64,000 bases of DNA, from positions 31,002,001 to 31,066,000 of the forward strand of contig NC_087436.1 of the NCBI RefSeq assembly GCF_036321535.1. The letters run 5' to 3'. The notes beneath the pieces are model-generated. The model was not told the origin of the DNA and made no database searches. It worked only from the letters and a program-made list of their open reading frames with translations. Positions within the stretch are counted from its first letter, which is position 1. Each line of letters opens with the position of its first letter. Below, in pieces: positions 11,421 through 25,807 of this stretch. This stretch comes from Camelus dromedarius. Lineage: Eukaryota. A program made the translations under genes and the position numbers.

Positions 11421-14339
11421 TGGGTAGTAAACTACACGTATTTTCCATTTCATCCTGGAGTAAGTATCTTAACAAATTCGTTCCTCTTCTTGTGTAAAGC
11501 TGAGTCAAACATAGTAGACATTTTGTAGGCAAATACCATGCATACCAGAAAAGAGTATTTCAATCCCTAGCGCTTTCCTTCTCCACATGTAATACTGTTA
11601 AATAAGAGTAAGTAAGATACTTATTTTATTTTTATTCAATTACTCAAATCCATTTTTGTATTTAATATTATACTATCTTCTTTAAAAATAGTTGAAATAA
11701 ACAGAATTCACACACACACACAACCACACACAAAGTAACAATACTGTCCACAATCCTATCTTTCACAGATACTCACTGTTAACATGTGATTCTATATTGA
11801 CTTTTTTTGAGGCAGCTAATTACCCAAATGCTTTATCTAGGAAGAACTGCTTTATAATGGCTACATACTTAATTGTATAAGTAAAAGAATTTTCTAAAAT
11901 TTAATTGGAAATATTCTGACAAGAAGAAGATAAATATTAAATATTGTCTATCACAAATAGAAAAATTTTTAAAGGATGACATCTAAAATATCATGCAAAA
12001 CTGTAGATGTCAATCATCTTAGTTGATGTAAAATAGAACAGGATAAAATAAACAACACAATATACATATAGCATGTCAAATGTAGTTTCACTACCACAAC
12101 CCTATACAGTCAGTTATACAATTTAGCATTATGTCTATGCCTAAATGGAGTCAGATTAGGTATAAGTTTAGTTGGCCTAAAAGAGACGTCATAAAATTTC
12201 TCTCCTAATACTGACAAAGCTTTAACATGGAGTGAATAACTAATACACCAGTTAGTTGTAAACATACTACTTGATAGGAAGATAAGCCCTACTTGTTCAT
12301 TTATTCAACCTTCCTACATATTAACATACATGATCTCATCACATTTTATTCTAATAATTATTAAATTTTCATTTCTTCAAATAAAAAATCTGAGCTTCAG
12401 AACAGTTAAATGGTTTACTCAAAGTAACAGAATAAGCTGCAGACCTTGAAATCACCTTTTCCTTTTTTCATGATAACACAACACACTCTAATATCTTGTA
12501 TCAGAAACAATGGACACAGAGCACACGTTCTCCTTTAGACTAAAGAATGTGTTCTACTTGCAACCATATTGATAGAATAGTACTTAGCCATGTCCCTCCC
12601 CACCCAACCTTCTTCCTTGTTCCCAGACTTGAGAAAACGTGTTCAGTGTTTCTGTGATCCAAAAGTTGCCCTTCTTACCAAAACATCAACATACTAGGTC
12701 AGAGTTCAGAAAATACTCAATATTTTCAGTTTTTGCCATTTTTATATTGTCTAGTATTCTTTATACATATTCTCTACTCAAGTACAAGTTATACTGAGTG
12801 CAAGAATCATCTTGCTTATTCTTTCTTTCTGAAAATGTCTCTGCTTTTCTCCTATCTTCTCACCCTATCTAAGTTCCTCTCTATTTGTGCATTACATTTG
12901 TGGACCTTACCTGATGGTCAGTCCAGTAGGGCTGGAGCAGAATGTAGGAGGAATGAAAGATTAAATGTTGGAAGCCTTCCCAAAGGAAAGCACTAAGGTC
13001 AAGCAGAAGGATGTGTGCAAAATTCATCATCAGAGATGGGTTATACAGAATCTGTACAATCTTAAAGTAAATGTTTGGAGCTGTGATTTGTGATAAACCA
13101 GAAATCAATGAGGATGGAAGTGGAGTTCTCTTGATCAATTTTAGACATTAGTTTAATAAATCTCAGAGGATTTAAACATAACTTCAGTATGTGTTTCCTT
13201 GAGCTTTTGGCATCATTTAAAGGGGCCTAGAGATAACAAAATGGCATAGAATACATGTTTAAAAAGCATGTGATGGGAAACCATGCACAACCTACCCTTC
13301 ACAGCCACATATTTCATCATTGAGCATGAAAAGGCTTACTGATTTTTGTCCCACCTTTGAATTAATGGAACTTCTCCCACTTTTTAAATGATGGAAATTT
13401 TGCCTTCTCCAGCATTCTTCTAACATTATGTTCCTCTGCTCTTTTGGTGTCTTATGTCTCTCCCCAATCATCTTTTTCACCTTCTACTTAAGCCATTGAA
13501 TCCTTATCGTGTAATTGTCCTGGATAGTTCCTTTGAGCTTCCATCCACCCATGATCCTTCCTCCCCTTGGTCTTTCCTCAACTCCTTCTCTCCCACTGAC
13601 AACCAATCCTTTTAACCTACCTGGTTCCTTGGTGCACAGAATGAAAACTAACCCAATGTACATTGGGCAACTAGAGGTCAACATGGCATTTCAATTTGAC
13701 CATATTTTCACAATCATTTAAGCCTCATGGACATCGGGGTATGATCAGTTTCACAAATTTTTAATAATTTTCTTTCAGAAAAAACATTACAACAAATAAC
13801 TTTTACATGTCTGGGTTTTGTTGGCGGGTGGTTTTCTATCACTTTTGAGCATTAATCAAAAGATAGAATAAGGGTGATTTTGCTCTACTTAGAATCAAGG
13901 AATAGTTTTAAAACCAGCTGATATTGCACTCAAAGAGCCGTATCTCCCAGTAAATTATTCTCCTTTCTTTTAAAGGTTCCTTTGTCATAGGTCAAGTAGC
14001 AGCATCAAAACTGACTGCAATCAAAACTTCAACTACAAAATAGTCTTTTAATTGTCCCTTCCACTTCTTTTCTCAAACCTCATCTCACAAACCCCACCCC
14101 CACCCCTGCCAAGACTGCAGTTATGCAGAGCTTCTGTTTATAATGCATTACCATTTCCGTACTTCTTATGCGATAGATGCAGGCTCCTTAGGGTGGTACC
14201 ACAATTTGCCATTATGAGATCTAAGACCCCTTCTGTATACTTCATCCTGGTCATGTTAGGTAACTGTTTTTACCAACAATTATGTTGGGCTTCTGTGTGT
14301 TCAATCACTCCTCTATATCTGAGCATGGCTCTGCCTCAA

Positions 14340-14640
14340 AAACCTGTTCTTCTCTTCTCTGCCTACCCAGATCTTCCCCATCTTTCACAGCTCAATAGAG
14401 GCTTCATCACTTCTACAAAGTCTTTTTGTTTGCCTAGACATAATTGTCTATTGTTTCCTTTGTGTTCTCAGTCTAATATCCATAGCATATTTCTACTATA
14501 GCACAAATTATACTATAATTTTTTAACTTCCATGGCAGTTTTCCTTAGACTATAAACTTCCTGAGAACAGGTGGTGGGTCAGAAATACCTTTGACTACAG
14601 CATTGACTATTGTACTTAAAACATTTAATAAACTCAATAG
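14340..14640 (+). mobile_element. L2 3' fragment
   Basis: ccttagactataaacttcctgagaacagg and a degenerate L2 tail. Confidence 0.55.
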
Positions 14641-14899
14641 AAGTTTGAAGAATGAAGGTAGGACAGGTGAAAAATAAATTTTGACAGAAAAAAAGTATAT
14701 GGAAATTAAGTGGACATTAAGGAAATGTTCAAAAATCAACAGAGGAAGCTTTACCATGAAACTAGTACTCTTGCCCTCAGCACAGTCCCTGAGAGTGGGG
14801 AGAACTGCAGGAATTGTCAGATATTCTAGGAGGGCAAGAATGACAAAGTGCAATTAGCAAGTGCTTTGATGTATTTATGGTAGATTGCCAAAGGGATCA

Positions 14900-15062
14900 G
14901 AAGCTCAAAAGCTGCATTAATTTTCTGTAACTTATTTTGCTTTAAACAGATACTCATTTTCAACACTAATTTCACATTCAAAACTTATTTGTCCTTTCTC
15001 TTAAGAAGAATCCCCCAATTTTATAAGTGTCCAACTTCACAAAAAACTCCATCTACTTTTGC
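14900..15062 (+). mobile_element. MER96B-like hAT element end
   Basis: ctttctcttaagaagaatcccccaattttataagtgtccaacttcacaaaaaactccatctac resembles the MER96B terminus. Confidence 0.45.
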
Positions 15063-15187
15063 TAATCAGACAGGAAAACATGAAAACGAGACTGAGATAA
15101 GCCAATAGGAAAGTTTTAGTCATCTGTCCACAAATTTCTCCTCTATACAAAAATGGCATCCTGGCCTCAACAAGATAACATTGTTGA

Positions 15188-15763
15188 CCCCAATGTTCAT
15201 AGAAGCACTATTTACAATAGCCAAGACATGGAAACAACCTAAATGTCCATCGACAGATGACTGGATAAAGAAGTTGTGATATATTTATACAATGGAATAC
15301 TATTCAGCCATAAAAATGACAACATAATGCCATTTGCAGCCACATGGATGTCCCTGGAGAATGTCATTCTAAGTGAAATTAGCCAGAAGGAGAAAGAAAA
15401 ATACCGTATGATATCACTCATATGTGGAATCTAAAAAAAAAGAAGAAGAAGACAAATGAACTTAAATATAAAACAGAAACAGACTCACAGACATAGAATA
15501 CAAATTTGTGGTTGCCAGGGGGGAAGGGGGTGGGAAGGGACAGACTGGGAATTCGAGATTTGTAGATACTGACAAGTATATATAGAATAGATAAACAAGT
15601 TTATGCTGTATAGCACAGGGAAATATATTCAAGATCTTGTAGTAGCTCACAGTGAAAAAAATATGAAAATGAATATAGGTATATTCATGTATGACTGAAA
15701 AATTGTGCTGCATACCAGAAATTGACATAACATTGTAAACTGACTATAACTCAGTTTTAAAAA
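15188..15763 (+). mobile_element. Young 5'-truncated LINE-1 (ORF2 end plus 3'UTR, camelid-like) with a 16-bp target-site duplication
   Basis: TSD aagataacattgttga (15172-15187) / aagataatattgttga (15764-15779), one mismatch; short A tail. The first ~130 bp are nearly identical to 60053-60182 of the long L1. Confidence 0.95.
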
Positions 15764-16263
15764 AAGATAATATTGTTGATATAAAACATGTTGTGTATGC
15801 TAAAACAGTTCCGTTCACAACCTGGGTATGTGTTAGAATTAGTTTCATATAATATCTTTGCTTGCTATACTCATTCTTAACTTGTTTAATTTAATTTTAT
15901 CTTTCAATATCCATCTTCCTAATAACCTGGTGAACTATCCTAAGGTAAAGGCCATTTGCCATTTATGTTTATATTCAAGAGCAATTTCTTGGCAAAACAA
16001 AGTGAAAACCTGAGTTTTCTGGAATAGAGAGGGATGGAAATGCACCAGAAGGGCAGCCTACCTCGTGTAAAATCTTTACCACATCAAACCTTCATTAGAG
16101 CCTGAAAGCACATAAAATGCTTTTCAGGAGTAATTTCAATTTAAAATAATGATAATAAAAGAACAGTATCTCACATCTGTGTGAAATATTCCCCAAAAGG
16201 ATGGTAAATTGACCCATCATAGAACTAATTCAGTAGAATTAGGAGATTAGAGATCAGGATGTA

Positions 16264-16338
16264 TAGAAAGGAAAAGAGAAGGGGGGGGAGGAAGATGAGG
16301 AGATGGAGGAGGAAGAGGAGGAGCAAGGAAGGAGAAGC
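16264..16338 (+). repeat. GA-rich low-complexity polypurine tract
   Basis: agaaaggaaaagagaaggggggggaggaagatgaggagatggaggaggaagaggaggagcaaggaaggagaag. Confidence 0.8.
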
Positions 16339-16819
16339 TGCCATTCTTCACTTCTACTAATTACATAGATTTTCAGGGATTCAGGCATCTGTCTATATGA
16401 TAGGTTTTAAATCTACAAGGATACAGAATCTCAGCAGACAGCTATGACAAATTTATAACAGAGTCAATTCACATTTGATGTAACAGTATATGTTTGCAAA
16501 ATCCAAAAATTTGGGACAATGGTTTAGAATATGTGACTTTAAAAAAAGCACATCTGGCTCACTTATCAATATGGTGAAGACTCAAAAATATCATGTTACA
16601 CTTCCCTTGCGGCTTCATCTATGTAATTATGTCAGGCTAGGGGACTGCCTCTGTAAATGGTATGATTCTGACATGAAGTTTTATATTTCCATTTCTTCAG
16701 GTATCATATTTGCTTTTTTGAAATTTACCAACCTTAAATTGATAATATCCTAATTCTTAAAGTAATGAAATCAGTCATACCTACCAGCTCAATTATCCAC
16801 TACTTTAACAAAATACCCT

Positions 16820-17250
16820 GAGGATTAAGTGGTTAGAACCACCACCTTTCAGTATAGTTTATAATCTTGTAGGGTAGCTACTGATGCAGGGTGGGCAATT
16901 ATTGGGCTCCGTATGAAGTCAACAAGGGTCAGCTGGTAGGATCCAGTTGATAGCTAGGGTAGTCTAATGGATCCAAGACAGCTTCACTCACATGTTCAAG
17001 ATCTTTGCAAGGCTGAAAGGCTAAATTCAGCTGAGCCTCTCCCTCCCTCCCACCCCCCCCCTTCCTCTCTCTCTCTATGTAGTCTCAAGTCTCCTCTCCC
17101 ACAAAGTCTTTTCAGGATAGCTTGGACCTACCTACACTACAGCTTACGGCTCTTACGTTGAGGATTCTGAAAGATAAGACGTGGAAACTATTAATCTCTT
17201 AAGGCCTTGGCCCAGAAATTGGCACACTTCTGTCGTATTTTACTGATAAT
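16820..17250 (-). mobile_element. ERVL-MaLR LTR (MLT1F/G/H-like)
   Basis: atccaagacagcttcactcacatg...; ctcttaaggccttggcccagaaattggcacacttctgtcgtattttactg. Confidence 0.7.
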
Positions 17251-18964
17251 TCATAATTATTAGTTTTGTAATGATGATATTTTAATGAATTTTATTATTC
17301 CATTCTACAGTAATTGGTTGAAGGAGGCTTGTCTACGTATAAAAACAAGTTAGTTCTTTATCTGCTTACTAATTCATCTAACTCAGGCACGATCTTTTAA
17401 AAAACTCTCTTGTTATTTGAAAAAATAAAACACCTAAGCACTTATGTGAGATGAAAGTTGACACCTCTGCAACTCTTTGTTTGGATTTGGAGTTGCATAG
17501 GGAAAAATAAAGTAAATTTTCTCTTGTCAGGTAAAAGCTGAAGAATATGAATTATGTTGATTCATAATAGACAAGTCATTTCTAACCTTCCAGTCTTCGC
17601 AGTCTGAAAAACAAATTCCGCTAGTCATAAACATCCTCTTAGCTGTACATATGCTCCACCTTAACCTTGTATCCCCTCCAGGTAATTCTCCATGCTGATT
17701 TGTTGTGGTCTGACATCTCCTTTGTGTGCTGGGATTTAAGTTAACCTTTTATACTTTTATAACAGATGCTGTGTACACTCTAGTCAGGGATTTGGTTAAT
17801 TGTTTCTCTGATGGAGAGACCAGCCTCAGTTGCAAGGGATTTAAAAAGATTCAGGAAATCAACAACAGGTAAATTAAGGAGAGGATCAGACACTTCCCCG
17901 CTGGAAAAAAAAAAAATGTAAATGTTAAAAGCTTGATCTAATCCTCAGGCTCATGCATATTTCTAAAATAGGATTTGTCAACTGCAAATGCAAAGTAGCT
18001 CCAATTTGATATTAGTGACATTGTCTGTTTTATATGCTGAAACCCTAAAGCGACAGAACTGACTGCCAAGTATTGATGAAGAAGTATTGACAAAACAGAA
18101 GTCTTCACAGTGAGGACATCCTCTTAGAAGGCTCCACACAGTGACCTGTAATTACAGCTGCAACCTCTGCATGTCACATCCCTGGTCCCCTGGCCTGTTG
18201 GACTTGATTTCACCTTCTACCCCTCCCAACTCAGAAAAAAAGCAGAGAGAAGGGAAAGCACCAATTAACTAATATATGTGGGAATACATTACCTGAAATA
18301 AATAATCTTTGTGGGTTGAGGAAGAGGGCAGTGCCGTCATAAGATGAGCAGTTAAGCTCTATCAGAGATTCACAAAGAACAAGTAACCTCTGCTTTATAC
18401 CTTTCACTGAATCCCATGTCACCGGTGCATGAAGGTGGCAGCTCCTCTCATAAGGCGCTAAGTAAGGAAACCATGTCCTTTAGTTAACTGTGACTTCTAT
18501 CAAACCAGAAAATATGCTGACCACCATGATGGATTCATCATTATCATAACCTGCTGAAGAGGCTAAAATACTGAGAATTTGCCGTATTTATATGAGCCAA
18601 TCAATGCTTTACAGGAGGGGGTAATGGTGATATGGAACAGCTTTCTCCATAGTAGGGTCTGTTTACTCTGGTGGCTGAACTAGACAACCGTTTGGGACAG
18701 TACTGGAAATATCAGCACTTTTAATTACACTTAGCTGTAAGTCATACTTTTAAAGTTTTGTGTATTTTCATAAGGGATATTGTATTTTTATAGAGTCATA
18801 CACATACATACTTTATAAAAAATAGGTAAGTGCAATGGAAGCGAATGATCCTTTTTCTTTAACCTATGATGCTATATGATATAAGAGTTTGGCAAGTGTT
18901 AGCCTCAAAGAGCGGACTTATTCTTAAGAGTCAGCATGGGTGTTCTGACTCTAACAAGAATGCC

Positions 18965-19198
18965 GCAAGGAGTAGCAGAATAGAAAGAATATGAGCTTTG
19001 AAATCAGCCAGTCTAGAGTAAGCATTCCATTTCCATCTTTTCAAAAGTAACGTGATCTTAAATTGTTATTAACATTATCTACAAAATCGGGATAAAGCAA
19101 CAAGCTTCACAGAGATATTCTCAGGCTAAAATAAAATGAATGCAATTACTCAGCACAAAGCTGAATGCACGTAAGTGGTCCATCAATGTTAGCTCTGT
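18965..19198 (+). mobile_element. MIR SINE
   Basis: gtagcagaatagaaagaatatgagctttgaaatcag at the 5' end; cacgtaagtggtccatcaatgttagct tail. Confidence 0.7.
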
Positions 19199-20839
19199 TC
19201 TCTCCCCTCTCCTAGTTTCCTTGACAGTTGCCTTTGGCCACTGGAGTGCTGTTCTGTATTTATGGCTACATTCTGTTGTTTTTCTTGAATCTCTCTCACT
19301 ACTAAACATAGATATTCTGTGTTTAGGTGTATTTTCTTAGTTATTTTATGTATAATCCATTCTTTGTTCATAAAGCAATATATTACTTTACTACAAAGAA
19401 AAATTTAGTATTTCAGAACAACTAATGTCGGATGAGGTAGGCAAAAAAAGTCTTCTCTTGACCATCATTTCTTTACTAACTCTCACTGTTCTACTCACCC
19501 AGCATCCCCTCCCTACTTAAGAAGTAGTGTTCCCCTCCACCTGTAAAGCATGTTTGCAGTATTGGACTCTGCTCTCTTCATTCCTCAGTTTCCCCTTCTT
19601 TCTGGTAGGAAAACATTGCCTTGCTCCATTTTTGTCTCACCTTGTAACAGTACTCAGACCAGCTTCAGCTTGAAAGTCCTCTCTCAGTGGGGCTGATGTT
19701 TTATGTCAGTTACTCTACCTCAAGTATTATCTTGTAAACGTTCTCTCTTTATGTAGAAGCTAGAACAGAACCCCTCTTTCACCACATCATTTTGCTCTCC
19801 TCTTATTTATTTTCCTTTACCCACATTCTTTGATCCTTCCACATATTCCCCTAGAAGCCCCCCAAATCAGTAGCAACAGCAAATATTATTGCTCAGTTTT
19901 GAAGTATAGCTCCAAAGATTTAAATTTGAGCTACAACATAAAATTATTTTCTTGTTTCCTGCACACTATTTTTATTATCTCATTATTATTGCTGGCAAAA
20001 TAAACATGTGAGCCCTACAGAAAGACATATAAATAAAGAAGCAAGATCAATGACCGATTCTAACAGGTACTTTATGAAATTATAATTAAAAAGCCCAAAT
20101 GGAGAAGATAAGACAGAGGAAATAGACAAAGACATGCAGTAATGGAATCAGAAAGGTTAGAGATCCAAGAGAAGGACACTTTCAGAGTCTTATTTGGGAA
20201 GAACATTTTGCCATTTTCAAAAGCAAGGGAAAAAAATATCATTTGACTCCCAAATCGTAGCCGTGGTAATGTCATGTAGACAAAGCTGCAATTAGTTACT
20301 TTATTGTTCTAACAATATACTGCCCTGATTGGAAACAGTCAAGTAATTGACTCAGGTTAACTGTTACTACTCTCAAGGCCTCTTTTTATATCCCTGCACA
20401 TAAAGACATTTTAAATAGTAGAGTTAAAATAATTATCCAAATATTTCATGAATAAAATCCTCATTGATGTGCACTTACTTGGAGGAGCTAAATTGTCCAA
20501 TTTTACTATAAATATTGATCAGATTCACCCAAAGCCACTTATATTTTATGTTCTGCTATTGAGTAGCTAAATACAACACTGCCTGTTCTTTTCAAGCTTC
20601 CAAATTCTAAGTCAGAAATGGTCCAGCCCTGAAAGTGACTGGGCAATGAGCAGTGAAGGACTTCAGGGTCAGTCGGGGAGTATGGGATGAGCCCCTATAC
20701 AGAGTTTCCTCCTGTCGGTTATCCTCAGAAACATGTTTATCCTCATCAGGAATGATGCTCATAAAAGATCACAACAATATGGAACTCCTAATGGCATAGA
20801 TTTGGAACTACTCTAATGGCATAAATCTGCCTTGAGAAT

Positions 20840-21015
20840 GTGGCTTGATGATTGAGAACACAGGCTCTGGAGACAGATCATGGGCCTTGTTAGCTCTGTG
20901 ACATACTCACATTGTTTATTATTTCTGTAGAGTTCTTGTGAGGGTTAAGTGAGTTCACACAGTAAAACACTTAGAACAACATAATCAACGTTCAGAAATT
21001 ACTTGTTACTATTTT
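20840..21015 (+). mobile_element. MIR SINE, internally deleted
   Basis: gattgagaacacaggctctggagacagat...; gagttcttgtgagggttaagtgagtt...gtaaaacacttagaaca. Confidence 0.7.
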
Positions 21016-21719
21016 TGTTCCATCCTATAATAAAGATAGCACTATTTATAGGAGATTTCTGTCTGGAACTCAAGAAAAGCTACCACAGACCGTGAACTGC
21101 TATAATGATACTGGTGTGGATGATTCAAGATGAATATTATGCTGTAAGAACAGTAAGTTCAGGTAAGTTATGCATAGAATGATGAGCATTCAGCAAATAA
21201 TCTCAGGACCTATTAAAGGGACTAGAAAATAATACTTTAAAATCAGATTAACATTATGTCCCTCAATAAAAAAACTTGAAAGGTTGTGATGGGACTATGA
21301 CATTTCTATCTCCATCTTGCAGAGACCAAGATGCCTCAGAGACATCTATCACGAATAGAATAATGGCAGACTAAGAGAAGTTATAAAGTTGTTACTTGTA
21401 GTCTCCTTTTAACATAAAGGTGCATAATAAACAAAGTATAGAAGAAAGGGACTCAAGTGAAATAATTTGTCAGCTTACTCTCCATATGTTCCTGTGAGGA
21501 GGGCTCCCAGAACTATAGGTAAGAACATCCCCAAGCACTTGGACATCATATCCCTATTTTCATGATTAAGATCATTTGATCATCCTCACTCTGTCTAATC
21601 AGAAACATACACTAAGAAGACAATTTAGGAGATGGCTAAATAATCTTTTATGTAATTCTAATCCTGACATCCTCCCTCTTAAATTGTTTTCTATATCCCT
21701 CAATCAATCACTTTAAAAA

Positions 21720-22219
21720 AAAGTGAGGATTGCACATTTCTCAGAGACAGAAAAGGGAAGAGAAGAGAAGAGGGAGGTTGGGTGGGAGAAAGAACTGAGC
21801 CTGAGACACCAAAACATCTGAAGGTCTGTCAAGGCAAGATGAACAAAGGAGATGGAGAAGGAGGAATCAGTGAGATGGAAGAAAGAGAAGCCAAAAAAAG
21901 CTGCCTCTGAAGCTGAAAAGAAAAAGAAGAAAAGAGAAGAAAAAAAAGAGTATTAAAGAGAAAGGAGTAGGCAATAGTGTGTAACTCTGCTTGAGTGTTT
22001 GAAAAACATGAGAAGGAGACGTGGCCACTGGCTTTGGCCCACGGGGATTGTTATGACATCATCAAGAGCAGTACTGAGAATGGAGTGGGAAGATTTAGAG
22101 TAGATGAGAAAAAAGTGAGCAATGAGGCAATAGAAATAGTTGTAGAAGTATCAGTAAGTTTGATAGAGAAATGGGACGGTAACTGGCCAGGTACCCTGGT
22201 CAAGGGAGGGTATTTTTAA
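21720..22219 (-). mobile_element. L2 (L2c-like) fragment
   Basis: agaactgagcctgagacaccaaaacatctgaagg...; gagaaggagacgtggccactggctttggc. Confidence 0.6.
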
Positions 22220-22221
22220 AA

Positions 22222-22345
22222 ATTAGAGTCTAAGCTCTATGATGGCCAATGATTTTATTTTGTTTCCTACTTAATATTCAGTGCTTAGTATACTGCCTGG
22301 CACACAGTAGATGCTCAAAGAATTTGTGGGACGAATGAATAAAAA
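22222..22345 (+). mobile_element. L2 3' end
   Basis: ttagagtctaagctctatgatggc...gtgcttagtatactgcctggcacacagtagatgctcaaagaatttgtgggacgaatgaat. Confidence 0.8.
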
Positions 22346-22559
22346 CGATGCGGTGTAAACTAGAACTGAGTGGCCATGATGATGGACAGAATCCAACTGA
22401 GAGACAAGCTTCAAGTCTGTGGTAAGAGAGAGTAGGCAGAGCAGCCTCACTCCAAGCCTTCATGCTTGGAGCTCTCACCTTGATTTAGCACCATTCCACC
22501 CCAGGTCCAGGAACTAGAGAGTTTCAAAGGAACTCGTTATTTTCTTCTACTAATAAACT

Positions 22560-22802
22560 TCTACTTTCTGTTTCACCTTGTTTCACCTTCTCAGAGAAGC
22601 TCTTCCAGATCCATATTTGATTTGGAATCCCCTTGCCTTCACACCACTATACTTTCGGTGTTTACTTGGCTATCACTCTAACTAGTCAATAGGCTCTTTG
22701 ATGGTGGGGACTATACCCTATTTGACTTTTCATCCGAGTGTTTAGCAAAATGTCTGGTATAAATCACACATCAATACACATTTGATGAATAAATAATAAA
22801 TG
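22560..22802 (+). mobile_element. L2 3' fragment
   Basis: gtgtttagcaaaatgtctggtataaat...tcaatacacatttgatgaataaat. Confidence 0.55.
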
Positions 22803-24629
22803 ACATTCCTACTGGGAGTGCAACGTACTTTTCAGTCAGCACACATTCTAGTCTTCTTGGTATTTCTCTTTTATTTCTCATTAAACAGTAATCCAAGACT
22901 GGATATTAATATTTCAGTTTATTAGTCTCTTGTGGGTTGGTGAGCTTGATCCAATTCCTTACAGTTTAAGAGAATTAATAAATTCCTTATATAGATTATG
23001 TAAATTTCAGAAATAAGACCCTAATCCCAAAACACAGGGGCCCAGCCACCTTTACTGTGTACCAATTTAACTAACATATATAGTAAAAGTAATAACTTAC
23101 AATGTCATCTCACAAGTGTTGAATAAAAATATTTCCTTATTTTTTTAAGGGTGACTTGAAGCCTTAAAATTAAAATTTTAAATTATATTTTATTACATTT
23201 CATAAGGTCATGTAATTTCCTTTTAGCAATCATATAAAAACACCTTGACAATAGACACTGTCCCAGCATAGCAATTTTTTTAAACTATCTTTTTATTTTA
23301 TGTCCAGATTAGATTTTCCCAAATTGAATAGTAATAAAAAGCTTTTGATGGTAAGTTCTCATCTCTAGTCTTCATTGTTGTAGAAACTGTCACTAAATGA
23401 GGTAACTATAATTTATTTTGACATTTATTCTCTCATCCCATGGCTTAAAGGAGCTAGTCTATTTGAAAATTTTTGTGTGACTATATTCCTCTGGTCTTTC
23501 ATTCCTATTAATATTCAACATGAAATATGATGCCTTTAAATACCAATAACTGTCCCAGTTCATCCATAATTCATAAATCCTTTTTAACATGTAAACCATA
23601 GGTATCGGTATTGTCCATTGACTCTGGAATTAAAATGAGACAGAATAGTGGCAGGCAATACTGGAAAATAACTGCCAGTTTCTGCAATCTTATAAAAATC
23701 AACTGGTTAGATGCAGTTCATATTAGCTCCATGTCAAGGAGGAAAAGCTATTAGAGGCACCCCATGAATCCAAATTCCATTTTCTTTATTTTATTTACAT
23801 TTTAACAACGTTTGATAAGGTACAGTTCTTAAGAAATACTGTATCATTTGCAAGAGGGGTTGCTGAATCTTAAGAAGGAACTACTCCTAACCATAACAAA
23901 TGTCATTCTCAAAAATGAATTTTAAAAAATATTTACAGCTGCCAGTCCTAAAATATGGCTGTGTTCATAGAAATATGATTACATTCCAAAGTGAAAAAAC
24001 AACACATGGGTAAAATATCATGCCTCTCTTAAATTAATCAAAACAGATCTAAAGGTAACAGAGAGGTATCTCTTTAAAGGCTAAGATATTTCCATACAGT
24101 TTTATTTAATTTTCCCAATAATGAATGAACCTTTATTTCAATGAAAATCAAAATATGTCACTTCTAGGGATGCTTCAAGAAATGTAATCCAATCTATTCC
24201 ATATTGTACAATACAATGTGAATAATGGCTAACTGTATTTCAAATACATTCAAGCTGAAGAAATTCCTTTCAATCAGGACAATATTACAGTCTATTCACA
24301 GATATGTTGATTGATCAAATTACATAAATGGTGGGACTACATATCATATTTGTATTTTATTCAAACTTTGCATCTCACATCTCTTAAAGTGCTCAGTGTA
24401 TATTCTAAATAAACATTATAAATATACTAATGAAACGAAGAAACTAAGAAATATACTAATGAAAAGCTCAGGTTTTTCATCCTAAGGTAAGGATGACAAA
24501 CAAGAACACAGACTGTTCTCTTTCTCACTTACTGTGCTCCAGTCACTGACACCGTTTTCTGTTAGTGTTTGAACATGGAGGCAGAGCCACTATAATTATT
24601 ACCATATGGGGAATGTTGACCATAAATAT

Positions 24630-25070
24630 TGTGGGAGATGCTCAGGTTCATCCTTAAGCCAGCCACACTCATCCCCACCAGTGCACCTTTGTTCTAGTCA
24701 TTCACTCTTTCTGAAACTCTTTTTTCCCAGTGCTCTCATGGGTAGCTCATGAATTCATCCAAGTCTCAACTGAAATGTCAGCTCCTTGGCAAAGACTGCT
24801 TGACGCCCACTCCCTGCCCCATCTAGCAAGGTACACTCCATAACTCAATATCCCTTTAGTACACTTTATTTATTCACAGGTCTTATCACTTCTAGATATT
24901 TTAAGGTAAATTTAACAGACCAATTGTGTACTAAACTCATCCACAAACTTGATGGAGGTATTTTGTTCAGCTAGTTCACCACTGTTTCCCTTTAGCCTAG
25001 AAAAGTATCTAACACATAAATAGTACTAAAAAAAAAAAGTTGTGGTTGAATGAGAGAATGAATGAATGAC
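24630..25070 (+). mobile_element. L2a 3' portion
   Basis: aagtctcaactgaaatgtcagctcc...; gttcaccactgtttccctttagcctagaaaagtatctaacacata...ttgaatgagagaatgaatgaatg. Confidence 0.75.
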
Positions 25071-25214
25071 CAGAAAAAAGGGAAACATTATAAAGCATGT
25101 TAAAACAGGGCTTATTTAAATCAGCAGAAGATAGAAGACATAAAAGGAAAGATTAAAGATGACATGGAGAATTTTCAGATAAAATGGCAAAATGAATTTT
25201 GTTGTCCGTGGAAT

Positions 25215-25700
25215 GTGAGGCCCTTTGTGATCTGGTCTATGCCTCCCTGTCAGTACTCAGTCTCTTCTGTGACTGACCTCATGCCCTGTGCTCCAGGCAG
25301 AACACAGTAATTACAGTTCTTGGAAGCACGAAGCTGCTTTTCCTCATGCTGTTCCCTGTGCGTGGAGGATCATTGTTTACCAATTACTACATTGTTATTG
25401 ACAACCTATCCTCAAAATGTTGTGCTAACCCTTCTCACAATAATCACCACCTTGCTCAACAAGCAAACACATCAGCTTTCAAACCCAAGCTCCAGCATCA
25501 CCTCCTGTTTGGATCTTTTCCTGCCTGTAGCTTCCTGCCCACCAAGAGAGCTATGCAGCCCCCTCTTTTGTAAACCCACTATCCTCCATTTGCCTTCTAT
25601 CCTGGTGTCTCCACCAGTGCCCCATCCTGAACTTGTTTACATGTCCATCTCTGCCAGCCAAGTGGGAATTTTTTAATAGCAAAGATGTCCTTTCTTCATT
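25215..25700 (+). mobile_element. L2 fragment
   Basis: gaggccctttgtgatctggtc...; ctttcaaacccaagctccagcatcacctcctg. Confidence 0.55.
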
Positions 25701-25807
25701 GAATTTGGGAGATATGGGAGCAGAATATACATTTTTAAATTAAAGGATGACTCTAGATTAATCGAGTTATTTTGAGAACAAAAAAAGAGCTATAGTAGAA
25801 ATAACTA

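Noticed and set aside
14052..14853. 149-aa and 102-aa ORFs
   Set aside because: Non-ATG starts, partial overlap with an L2 fragment, no family resemblance.
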